Shown: positions 47,790 to 60,100 of the stretch, piece after piece
Numbering within the stretch: the stretch's first letter is position 1
Layout of the letters: every line of letters begins with the position of its first letter
Virus record (IMG/VR): IMGVR_UViG_3300032245_000795
Span: 1 to 64,000 of that record
Direction: 5' to 3' (one strand)
DNA from: a virus
DNA: 64,000 bases
Made by a program: the position numbers and the translations under genes
The notes under the pieces: generated by a model
The model's input: only the letters and a program-made list of their open reading frames with translations
What the model was told of the DNA's origin: nothing
The model's database searches: none

Positions 47790-48116
47790 ATGGCTAATAA
47801 GCCTTCAACCGATAGAACTATCAAGTTAATAGATGGAACAGAAATTGCAGTAAGACCACTTAAACTATCATTGCTTAGACCATTTATGTCTAAGTTTGCA
47901 TTGCTTTCAGCAGTCTCTGATGATAACGATAAGTCTATGGATATTCTTATTGATTGCGTACAAATTGCAATGAAACAATTCAAGCCAGAATTGGCAGAAA
48001 GTAGAGAGGTTCTAGAAGATAGCCTGGACCTTCCTACAGTTTACGAAATTATTGATGCAGCATCAGGTGTTCAGAACTCTGAGACAAGCGCAGTATTATC
48101 TTCGTTAACAAAATAA
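47790..48116 (+). CDS. tail assembly chaperone (G-like)
   Basis: directly before TMP; AAGGAGG RBS. Confidence 0.75.
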   Translation: MANKPSTDRTIKLIDGTEIAVRPLKLSLLRPFMSKFALLSAVSDDNDKSMDILIDCVQIAMKQFKPELAESREVLEDSLDLPTVYEIIDAASGVQNSETSAVLSSLTK

Positions 48117-48137
48117 AATAAAAGAGGTGTTTGAGAA

Positions 48138-51100
48138 TTGGCAGATGTAAACTCTAATATAAATATTAATTTTGATACAACTGCCGCTCTTGCACAACTA
48201 CGTTCTTTACAGGCAGGCCTCAGCAGGTTTCATCAAACACTTGCTGAGGGCAACCTGGCTGCTGCAAATGCTCAAAAAGGTTTAAACGCACAACTTATAC
48301 AATCTGTTGGTGCTACAGGAAAATTCTCAGCAAGCCAAGTTAAAGTTGCTGGAAGCACACTAGCGTTCACGTCTGCATTAGAAAAAAATAAACTATCTCT
48401 TCGTGATTATTACAGATACACCATGGCAGCAGCAACTGCCAATACTCGTGTAATGGGGAAGGCATTTGCAGAAGAACGAGAGATTATAAATCGTGCTCGC
48501 AGAGATAGAGTAAAAGCCTTACAAGCACAATATATCCAGATGAATAAATCCAATGCTGGGTTTATGGATGCAATTAAAATTATGCCAAAAAGCCTTCAAA
48601 TGGCTAGTGGAAAGTTTACAGAACTTGGAACAAGAATTCAGTATGCTGCACAAAAACAACAGTTCTTAAATCAACTATTAAAACAAGGATCAACACAACT
48701 ATTAAACTTTGGTAAGAATACTCAGTGGGCTGGTCGCCAGTTGATGGTTGGTCTCACAATGCCACTTGCCTTGTTTGGATCTGCAGCAGCAAAAGCATTT
48801 AAAGAGTTTGACGCTGAAGTTGTTAAGTTCCGTCGTGTATATGGAAATGCATTTACAAATGATGCAGAGGTTAATGCAGCAGTTGAAAATATAAGAAAAT
48901 TATCAAATGAGTATGTAAAGTATGGAGTCTCTGTTACAAAGACTATGGAGATGGCTGCAACAGCAGCAGCAGCAGGCTTTGAAGGATCAGCACTTACAAC
49001 ACAGGTTGAAACAGCAACAAAGTTAGCAGTACTTGGCCAGATTGAGCAGCAGCAGGCACTTGAAACAACAATATCTTTGCAAACTGCATTTGGTCTTTCT
49101 AGTGAAGACCTTGCAAAGAAAATTAACTTTCTTAACGCAGTAGAAAACCAAACACTTTTATCTATTGAAGATTTAACTATTGCAATTCCAAAAGCAGCAC
49201 CAGTTATAAAGCAACTTGGTGGATCTGTTGAAGATTTAGCCTTCTTCCTTACAGCAATGAAAGAGGGTGGAATTAATGCATCAGAAGGTGCTAACGCACT
49301 TAAGTCTGGTCTTGCATCATTAATTAATCCATCTGACAAAGCAGCAAAGTTTCTTGGCAACTTAGGAATTAATGTTAAAGGACTTGTTGAAGCAAACAAG
49401 GGTGACATAAAAGGAATTGTTGTTGGATTTGCAAGAGCCCTTGATGAACTTGATCCACTTAATCGTGCAAGAGCAATTGAGCAGATGTTTGGTAAGTTCC
49501 AGTTTGCACGTCTATCAACATTATTTCAGAATGTAACTAAGGATGGATCTCAAGCATCAAGAGCATTTCAATTAGCAGGGGCATCAATAGAAGAGTTAGC
49601 AATCTTATCCGAAAGAGAAATGAAGAAGATAGAAGACTCAACTGGTGCTAAATTCCAGGCAGCATTAGAGAACCTTAAGCAAGAAATTATGCCTTTAGGA
49701 AAAGCATTTCTTGAGGCTTTAACACCAGTAGTTAAGTTTTTTTCAGGACTTCTTGAAAAGTTTAATGGTCTTGGAGATAATACAAAAAAGGTTATTGCAA
49801 TAACTGTTGCAGCAGTTGCAGGTCTTGGCCCAGTACTACTTATGACATTTGGTCTTCTAATGAATGGTGTTGCAAACGTTATTAAATTGTTTGCAATGCT
49901 TCGTGGAGGAATTGCTAAGTTAAACGGACAAACAGGTGTAATGGGTGCAGGCTTTAACTATATGACACAAGAGCAGATTGAAAATGCTGCATCTTCTGAA
50001 CAACTTCACCAAACACATTCAAGATTAATACAAGTTTTTAATGTTGAAAAAAGTTCTGTAAATGCTCTTGCTGCATCCTACAATTCATTAAGTACACAGA
50101 TGAGAGGCATGGCAACACAGAACCCCGCGTTATTTGCAGGTGGAGTTCGTGGTGCTAAAAGAGCAGTAAGCGGATTACCACCAGTTAAAAAGTATAGAGA
50201 AGGAGTACTGAGCGTACCAGGTCCAAAGGGTGCAGGAGATGTTGTTCCAGCAATGCTTTCTCCAGGAGAAGCAGTTATTCCTACAGAAACAACTAATAAA
50301 TATAGAGGTTTGATTTCTGCAATGTTCCAAGATAAAGTTCCAGGATTTATGGCTGGAAGACTTCCTGGAGGACCAGGCAGAGGAATACCTTTATCATCAG
50401 GCCCAGAAGCCTTTAGAAAAGCGCAGCAGGCACAATACAGAAGAGTAAACGATGCTCGTCAGGGATATTCTGAACCACATCCAGAAAAGAAAACAGGACC
50501 AACTTTTGTTGGAATGCCAAAGGGATCTCAAGAAGCGTCACAGTCTAGACAAATTTTAGATAAGATTTCAGATCAAGTTAAAATTGGAAAATTTGGATCT
50601 GTTCCACCAACAAACTTTGGAACAATGCTTCAATCATTTTCTGGAAGAAGTTTTCCTGCACGTGGAGTTGGCGGTGTATACAGAAAATCTAATGGACAGA
50701 TAGTAGTAGTAAAACCAACAATAGATGAAAAAACTGCATTGGCAGAAGTTCGTGCTACTCAAATTGCTAGAGAAGTTCATGGACTTGTATCTCCAAAGCA
50801 AACTATTAGAACAATGATGGATCCAACAGATCCAACAGGTCAAAGAAAGTTTATTGTGATTGAGTCCCCATATGATCCAAGAATAGCCTCTATGACTGGT
50901 AAGTTTTCAAAGTCTGACATGGTTAAGCAATTAGTTGCATCAACGCTAAGAGGAGACAAAGATTTACAAAAACCAAACTTGTCTGGAAATGTGTTAGCAG
51001 ATGTTGGAACTGCTGGAGTATTCGATAGGGCATCTGGCTTTAGAGATTTTGCTAAAGTTATGCCAAGCATGGAACAACAAGCAGTTGTAAATCTTCTTGG

Positions 51101-54100
51101 AGTTAAGGGTGGAGCAAAGAAGTTTTTTGCACAAGAAACATCTGGTGTAGCAGCATCTATGTCTCCAAAAGACTATGATTTAGCAATAAAGACAGAAATT
51201 TCTAAATCAATTCCAAGACTAGAAAAACTTCTTAAGACTTGGAATTTAAATCCAGAAGAAAAAATTGTTTATGGAAATATGCTACAAAGACTCAGAGATG
51301 GAGCAAAAACAGATTGGGCAGCATTACAGCCTATACATGCTCGTGCAGGAGAAGGAGTTGCTAAATTAGAATTAGGAAACTTTGAAAAATTCCAAAATGT
51401 TCCAGAGTCAAAAGCACAAGTTGAAAAACTTGTAGAGGGTTTATCAAAAGATGCAGCAGAACAATTGGAAAAGTTACCTAAAGAACAAAGAGATAGAGTG
51501 CTTGCTGCACTAGGAAAAGAAAAACCAGCACCAACACATATGAGCCAAGCAAGGCTAATGAAATTTGTAGAACAAAATATGGTTTACAAAGATGGTCTAT
51601 TCCATGATAAAAAATCTTTAGATGCTGGAAGTACAACATCTGGAAAAACTTATGAAGAAGTTATGAAGAAAGTTTTTTATCAGATGGGCCTTCAAGAAAA
51701 AGATGGTTCTTTTGTAAGCGATAAAAAATTAAATGTTCCATCTAAACTAAAGTCTGCAATGAGCACTGTAGACAAAGCAGGTGGAGGCTGGAGAACAAAC
51801 GTACCAAAAAGTTCATTGCTTTGGAAAGCCTTAGATGCAGAAGAGCAAAGTTTTAGAGCAGCAAATATGGCTGCAGGCAAAAACGATCCATTAAAAAATG
51901 TAAGAGAAAAACTTAAGTCTCTAGGTTATAATGAAAAACAAATTGCTACTGCGCTAAGATCTGAGTTATCGCATGTAGAAAAAACTGGAGAATCTGGAAG
52001 AGGTCCTGCAAAGTATTCAAAGGGATCAGCAATGTTCGACTTAAGACTACTAAATAACTACATGAATACAAAGACTAGACCTCAAAGTATTTTAGACTGG
52101 AACGCAAAAAATGGAAATGCTCTTGGATTAACAGCAACACAGATTAAAGAATTTCAAAAAGCAGCAAACTATATGAAACCTGGGGCACACCCAATAACAT
52201 TAGATGATATAAAATTAGTTCAAAAATCCGCACAACTTGATGTTTTAGCAGATGAATATCTAAAACAACAAAAGGTAAAGCCAAAGGGTTTTCCAAAACT
52301 AGGACAAGTTAATGCTTCTAAGGGGCTTTTGGCACTTCTTGATGACAGAATTGGAACAGGATACTACAAATCTTCAAAACCAATTTTTAATTTATCAAGC
52401 GGTGTAGATCAAAGTCAAAAGGTTTTAGTAGATCCAAATAACGAATTTAAAGTCGATACTAAGACTGGAAAAGTAACAAAGTTAACAAACGCTAATACAG
52501 GAGCAAAGCCTGCTGGAGCAGTTGCTAGTAGTGGAAGTTCAAGAGACAGAAGGACTACGACAGAAACACCAACACAAAGAGTTGCAACAAGAAGTCAACT
52601 TACAAGTTTCCGCAGAGGGTTTGGTAAAATTCCTGGATTCTCTATGCCTGGAAAAATCAAGGGAGACCCAAGACTAACAAACCCTACAGTAAAACAAGGA
52701 CAGTTAGCATTGCAGTTACGTGGCAAAGGATATAGCCAGGTAGAAATTGATAGAGCACTTAGAAGGTTTGCAGAAAAAGAATTAAAAAATAAAGAATCAC
52801 AGGTTCGTGCTGCTGAAAAATCAGCAAGAGCAGAAGCAGCAAGACAAAAAGAACAAGCAGCAATACAAAAAAAACAAACAGATGTTGCAAGAAAAGCATT
52901 TATAGAAAATGAGCGCAGATCACAACTAAATGCAGCACAAGCAAGAACATATGATGCTGCAGTAAAAGAAGATCAAAAGAGAACAATAAAAAATCAAAAA
53001 CAAACTGAAAAAGTAAATGCTAAACAAACAAGAATAGCACGTCAAGAAAAGGTTGGTAGATTCTCTGGCGGTGCATCTATGGCTCTTGGAACTGTTGGTA
53101 TGGGTCTTATGATGTCTGGGAATACAAATGCTGGCATGGCTGTATCAGGTTTGTCAGCCCTTGCAGGAATGGCCCCGATGCTTGCTGGTATGGGACCAGT
53201 AGGAGTAGCCCTGACTGCTGTAGCAGCAGTTGGTGGAGGGCTTTGGATGCTAGACAAGGCAGCAAAGAAAGCAGCAGAATCACAGTCTAGACAAGTTGAT
53301 GCAACAAGAGCAACAACAGAAAAAATGAAAACCATTGGAGAAATGAATGGCAAAGTTGGAGCATCTGAAATTTATGCAAGAAAAAGAAAAGAATCGGTAG
53401 CCAATAGATATTCTATTGGTTTTGAAAGAGGAAAAACCCAATATGGATCAGACTTTTTAAAAGAACAAGTTGGAAAAGATATGTTTTCTGGCATTATAGA
53501 AAGTTTAAAGTCTGGTTCTAAAAATGTTGCATCTCAGGTAGCAACAGAACTTGCTGGTTATATTTCTGATGGAATATTAACTGCACAGCAAGCAAACAGT
53601 ATTGCTGATCAGATTGGAATTGAGTTAGGCAATACTACAATTGGTGCAGATATTACTGGAAAACTACTAGAATTGGTCGGTCCAAATGGAGAAGATTTAT
53701 TAACAAATCCACTAGAAGTAAGAGTTAAAATAGTTAAAGAACAACAGAAAAATACTCAATTAGTTATGAGTGAGTTAGAAAAGTATTATAATTGGTCAGG
53801 TAAAAACAATAACGGTTTTGATGACAAGTCCGATGCTGCAAACGCTGCAGAAGTTTTTGCATCTCAGGCTGCAGCAGCAAATGTACAGGATTTAGAGTTT
53901 AATCAAGCGCAAATAGATTCTTTAAATCTTGAGTACGACAATAAAATAAAAATACTTGAAGCACAAAAAGCAACTACATCAGACAAAGCAAAGCAGTTAG
54001 AAATTCAAGGAAAAATTGATGCTGCTGAGAAAGATCGTATAACAGGAACAAAAAAATTACGAGAAAATAATAGAAAAATTATACAAGAACAAATGAAAGC

Positions 54101-57100
54101 CCTTAAGTTTGTAAAGACAAATCAAAAACAAGGTTCAGAGGCAAGTGTAGAAACTGCATACTTTGAAGCATTAAAAACTCAAGTTAGGGACAAGTACAAA
54201 GACGATCCAACACAAAATGCATTTGTAGATAAATTTTTTCAAGTTGCACAGAATGCAGGTAGCCAAGAAATAGAAGCAAAGATTATGACTGTTGTTGGTT
54301 CTGGTCAAATGCCAGTTACATCAGCAGTTAAGTTAATGGAAATGTTTGCTGGAGATGAAAAAGGACTTAATAAGATTCTTAATGTAACAACATCAATTGC
54401 AGATCCTGGAAAAGTAACAGAGTTCTTAAACTCTATTGAATTAATAACAGATCCCAATACAAAAAAAGAGATTATGGTAGAACTAACACAAAAGTCTCCA
54501 AAAGAAGCAGAAGGAATAATGTCTGCTTTTAATATGATGAAATTATTAAATCCAGAAATAAATATAGACTTCTTTTTTAAAGATGGTGGCGCAGCAGGAA
54601 TTGGAAAACTTAAGGAAATTGCAGACAAACTTGAAGAAGTTCAAAAAATAAAAGAGCCAATAACAACAAAGTTTTTGCTAGAGACAAAAGAAATTGGTGG
54701 GGTAAACCTAGAAGATCTTATTCCAATTATGGAAAAATACAAAAATCAACCAGATGTTATAAAAAAACAAGTTATTTCACAATATATTGTTATAAAAGAA
54801 ACACTTAATCCAGGAGAGATTGCAGCAGAAAAGAAAAGGCTTTTAGCAGGATATAAGGGAAATCCAAAGGGAGCCGAGCAGTATTCGGAGTACCTAAACT
54901 CTCCAGAAGGAACAAAATATGTTACAAATAAGGTTGTTGAAAATAAAATTGCACAAGCCATTAAGCCTGAGATAGAAGCACTAGAGGCAGCACGTCTTGA
55001 AGCAGAAAAACTAAAGGGAGATAAAGTTACTGACCCATTTGAATGGATGTTAGCAGCATTAAAGAATGTTCGCAACGCTGCAATAGATGCAAAGGGTGGA
55101 ATTGAAGAATTAAAAAGAGCACTTGCAAAAATTGGTCCAAAGGCTGTAGGAGATAAGTTCTTAGGAATAGATCAACAAATGATTGCTCAAGGACGTAATA
55201 AGCAGTTTATTGATTACGCTATGGGATTAACACCTGATGAGCAGGCAAAACTTTTCACTACCGCTGGACCTAAAAATAAAAGTGGTAAAAACAAGGGAAG
55301 AATACAAGACCCATATAACAAGGGCAAATTATTACCAGAGACAGCAAAACAAGGCGATGTAGTACTATCTAGCCTTGGAAAAACATATAATAGTTTCTTT
55401 GATGCAAAAGTCATTGGAGATTTCAATGCTGCAATGGGCAGATCTCTTTCATCAATAAAAGATCAAGAGAAGGCAAGAATTAAATTAGTTGCTGCTGGAT
55501 ATGATTCTGCAACAATAGAAGGTCTAATATCAGATGAATATACTACACAGTTAATTGCTTCAGGTAAAATAACAGAAGGTCAACTAAAGCAAAATGTTGA
55601 AATTTCTAAAGAACTTGCCAATAGACAAAAAATTAATAGCCTACTTTCTAGAGGTACATCAGAATTGCAAAGGCAAGCAGATATGTCAAGAGCAGCACAG
55701 GCTGCAAAGTTCTTACGTAGTCAAGGTGTTTCAGAAGATGGTGTGAGGGCAGCCCTTGCAGATGCAGGTTCATTGTCAGAAGCAATTGCTGCTATGGATC
55801 AATATAACTCTTCTGCTGGGCTTGCTGCTGGTACACTTAAAACCATTGTTGATGGACTTAACGCTATAAAGGCAAACTCAAATATAGAATTAATTCTTAA
55901 ATTTACAACAGCAAATGTTTCAGGGCAGATTCAGCAAGGAGCAGAAGCAGCCAAAAAGATAATGGACTCAAAGAGAACAGTCTACAATAATCTAACTGCT
56001 GACAAATTAAAAAATGCAACTTCGGCATATACAGATTCAAGTAAAGCCCCTCAACAAGTTGGTAAGATTGCAACAGCAACTGTAGATGCAAGGTATAAAG
56101 CAACAAATACTCCAATACCAGTGATATCAGAAGGCGCAACAATAAAGAGTCTTCAAAAAGCAATGGAAACTAAGGCTAAAGAAATAGATCTTTCATCTTC
56201 AAATCTTAGCAAGGCTAAATCTGCAGCGTCTGCAGTAAGAGATCAAATTTCAAATGCAGAAAACGCTTTGCAGACAGCACTAGATAATGCTAATGCAGGC
56301 GTTGATAAAGCAATTAAGGGAGTTCAAGATGTCATTAGAGGTTATGAAAATCAGATCAAGTCAATAGAAAAAACTATAAAGTCCAGAGAAGATGAAATAA
56401 AGAAAAGATTTACAGATAAAATAGAGGCATTTAATAAAGAAAACCAAATGCTAAGTAATGACCTTGCAATAATGGACAAGGCTGCAGAAGATATTAATGA
56501 GAAGTATGATAAGCAAGTAGAAGCCTTGCAGGAAGTAAACAAATTAAATCAAGAAATTATTGATGCACAGGGACAGCAGTTAGACCTGGCTGATGCTCTT
56601 TCTCAAGGTGATATCGCAGCAGCAGCAAGAGTTGCAAATGAGATGTCAGCATCTTATGCAAACAATCAAGCAGACACAATAATGCAGGGTATTGAACTTG
56701 CCAGAACTAATGATTTGTCAGCCTTAACTGGTGCAGAAAGCGGACTAACTGCAGATGCTATTTCAGAAAGACAATTTGCTATAAGTCAAGAAATTTATAA
56801 ACTAGAAACAGATCCTGCAAGATTGGCAATTGAAGCAGAAATACTAGCACTAAATGAAAGTGCTCTTGCAGTACAAGAATTAATTGCTGCAAAACAAGAA
56901 GAGATTGATCAAATTGAGGCTGGAAGAGCAAATATTTTAGCAGGTGTAGAGGCAGCCCATGCAGCAAACCTAAAGGCTTTGAATGATTCTTTAGTTCCAC
57001 TTGATGAGGCAGTAAAGAAAAATGAAGGAATATTAAAAAAGTTAGAAGATGAAGAAGAAGCATTGTCAGCACAAAAAGGATATCTTGAAGCAATTGCAGA

Positions 57101-60100
57101 TGAAGCAGTTGATATTGATAACACTACTGGAATGACCCTTGATGATTGGGTAGACACAGAAGACAAAGTAAAATCAATTGAAGAATTAGCAGCAGCATAT
57201 GCTCTTTCAACACTTGCAGCCCAAGCAGCAGTTGCAGCAGCAAGTACATCCTGGGGTGAAATTTTAAATTCCATTAATAAAATTCCTGATAGTATTGAAA
57301 CAAAATTAATAGTTGAGAAGATTGAGAATATAACACAAAATATTAAAAAAACATATACTGATGATGGTAGCGCAGCATCTGCAGCAGCAGCAGCAACTGC
57401 TGCAACTGCACAAGCAGAAGCAAAAGCAAAGGCCATTGCTGCAGCACTAAGAAAATTAACATCTGGACAAGCCTTAACAGCAGAAGAAAAGGCCCTGCTT
57501 TCAATAAACGGAGATGCAGATACATCAGCAGCAGACAAAGCAGTTAAAGATGCAGCAGATGTAAAGGCTAAGGCAATTGCAGATGCTCTAAGAAGATTAA
57601 ATAGCGGTCAATTGTTAACATCACAAGAAAGAGAACTTCTTGGTATGGCACCTGCTACAGACATGTATGATCCAAATGATCCATCTCACAAGGGTTCTTT
57701 TGAAACAGGTTGGTCATTAAATTCATGGGTTCATGCAATGGGCAAAGAATCAGCAGCACCCATACTAAAGAGCATGGGCTACTGGGCAGATGGTGGAGTT
57801 GTATATAGAAAAGCAGGAAGTCCTAGCCCAGAGTTTAAGGCAAAGGGAACAGATACTGTTCCAGCAATGCTAACTCCTGGAGAGTTTGTAATTAATAAGG
57901 CTGCAGTAAAAAAGTACGGACCAAAATTCTTTAAAATACTTAATGACAAAAAGTATCCAAAAAAGACTTCAGCAACAACTCCAACAGAAGTACTTGACAT
58001 AATAAGAAACCTTGGTTATTCAGTACCAGTTAAACCAACTTCTGCTTACGATTCTAACAATCAACCTACTGGAAGTGCAACTGGAAGATACTGGGGAGAG
58101 TTAGAAAGACTTTACGAAAGTTCTCCAATTGGTTTTGATGGCAAAGGAAAGCCAATACTTAACACTACAGGTAAAGATCCTTGGGGTGGTACAGAGATCC
58201 CAGGCCTTCCATTTAATGGAACAGTTCCACAATTTTCAGACTACTGGCATCAATTAGCAGAACAACCACAAAAGTTTAGTGGGCCTGCAATGGGTATAGA
58301 CAAACCTGTGGACCGCTATGCAGGATCTGGCGCATCTATGGGTGGTATTGGTAACGGAGCATACGGCTTGACTGGCCTACAGATGCTTTCTAGAGGCGGT
58401 ATGGTTAATCCATTAATGATGTCTGAAGGCGGTTCAGTGCCTTGGTATAAAAAGGCAGGAAATTTCCTAGTAGAAGCAGTTAAGGAAACTGGAAGATCTA
58501 TTGACTGGTTAACTGGAATGTATACAGCAGGACAAACTGGACAAAGAGATCCTATGATGTTCAGCAAAGACAATAAAGTTCTACTTAAGAATATCAATGC
58601 AGCAGTAGATGCTGGGTACGGCTCAGAAGCAACTAAAGTTTTGGCAACCAAAACTGCTATGAGCGGAGTAAATGTAGGATCACTTTTTCTTGGTGGGGCA
58701 TTAGGAAGCGCAACAGCAAGAGGTGCAGTTGGTGCATACGGAATATCAAAAGGAATTCCAGCACTTGAAACACTCTTGCCAACAGGATCTTTGTCTTATG
58801 CTACAAAAACAGGATTAGGGGCTGCATCTAACTTAGGATCTAGTACATATTTAAAGACTACAAACCCATTTACTCCAAAAACCACAGTATATGCCAAGGG
58901 GCCTGGAGGAATAGAAGATATCCCATTTCTTGATAAGACCAGAAAAGCAAGATTCTTGGAATATGCTAAGGGACTTAATAATAAAGATGCCAACTATTTA
59001 TCTCCAGATACTATAGCAGGAATTAAAAAAGTTGAAGCAGACGTAAAGAAAAGATTTGATGAAATTGAAGAAATAAAAAATGGAACACTTAATGGTAATC
59101 CATTGCCCGATCCAGAGAGAACCCTAGGATACTGGACACGTTATAACACAGACGATTTAATGCAAATTGCATTGGCAAAAAAATATAATATTCCACCTAT
59201 TAGTCAAGATTATTTAGCAGAGTATGCAAATATGGGATTAACTGCTTTCTATGATAAAAATTGGGCAGAGATTCATACAGCACTTGGTAGACAAACACTT
59301 GGTAGAGAGTTTGTTGGATACAGAGGTCTTAGCCACAAAGACCTTGCTGATATTGTTGGTTATAAAGAAGTAAACAAATTAGAAGATTTTACAGGAAAGG
59401 TTATAGGTAAAGAATCTGCATACCTCGGTAGCAGGGGATACGGACCAACACCTGGAGCCACACTTAAGCCTAACTGGGAAGAACTTTTAGCAGGAAGAGA
59501 CGCAAGAATTGCACCGTACGACTTTATAAATAATAAAGATCTTTTTGATTTAGAACCAGGAATAGGGGGAGTAGGAAATGCCTGGGTACCAGATGTTGCT
59601 AAATCATTTACAGAAAACCTTGATTGGGCAAAAAGAATAACAACAAATAATGATACTGGAGGAGGAGGTGTCTCTGCAATTGCAAAGGTTAACTTTGGTT
59701 CAGATGTTTTGGGGATTGACAGTATAACAAAATTAGGACTTGGTGGTTCACATGCAGACCCAACTCTTACAGAGCCATTTGTTTCTGCCTTTACTGAATT
59801 TATTCTTAAAAAGGTAACTCCTATGGCTCACAGAATTCCAGATGATACTGGGGAATTTATAACTAATGACTATGGTACCAAATGGGTTAATGGACCAGGA
59901 TATTCAAGATTAATAGATGAGTATGAATTTGATGCAGTAAGAACTTTACCTAAACCATATATAATTCCAGAAACTTTTCCTAACACAACAACGGCAAGCA
60001 TTGATAATTTAACCTTAGCAGCAAAATCACAAGCAATAGCGGATGCTATTAAAAAACAAGGTCTTCAAAATGCAGCAAAGGCAGAGGGTATGGCAAAAAG

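Noticed and set aside
41232-58993. Long antisense ORFs within the protease and TMP genes
   Set aside because: Expected from codon bias of the sense genes; no independent signals.
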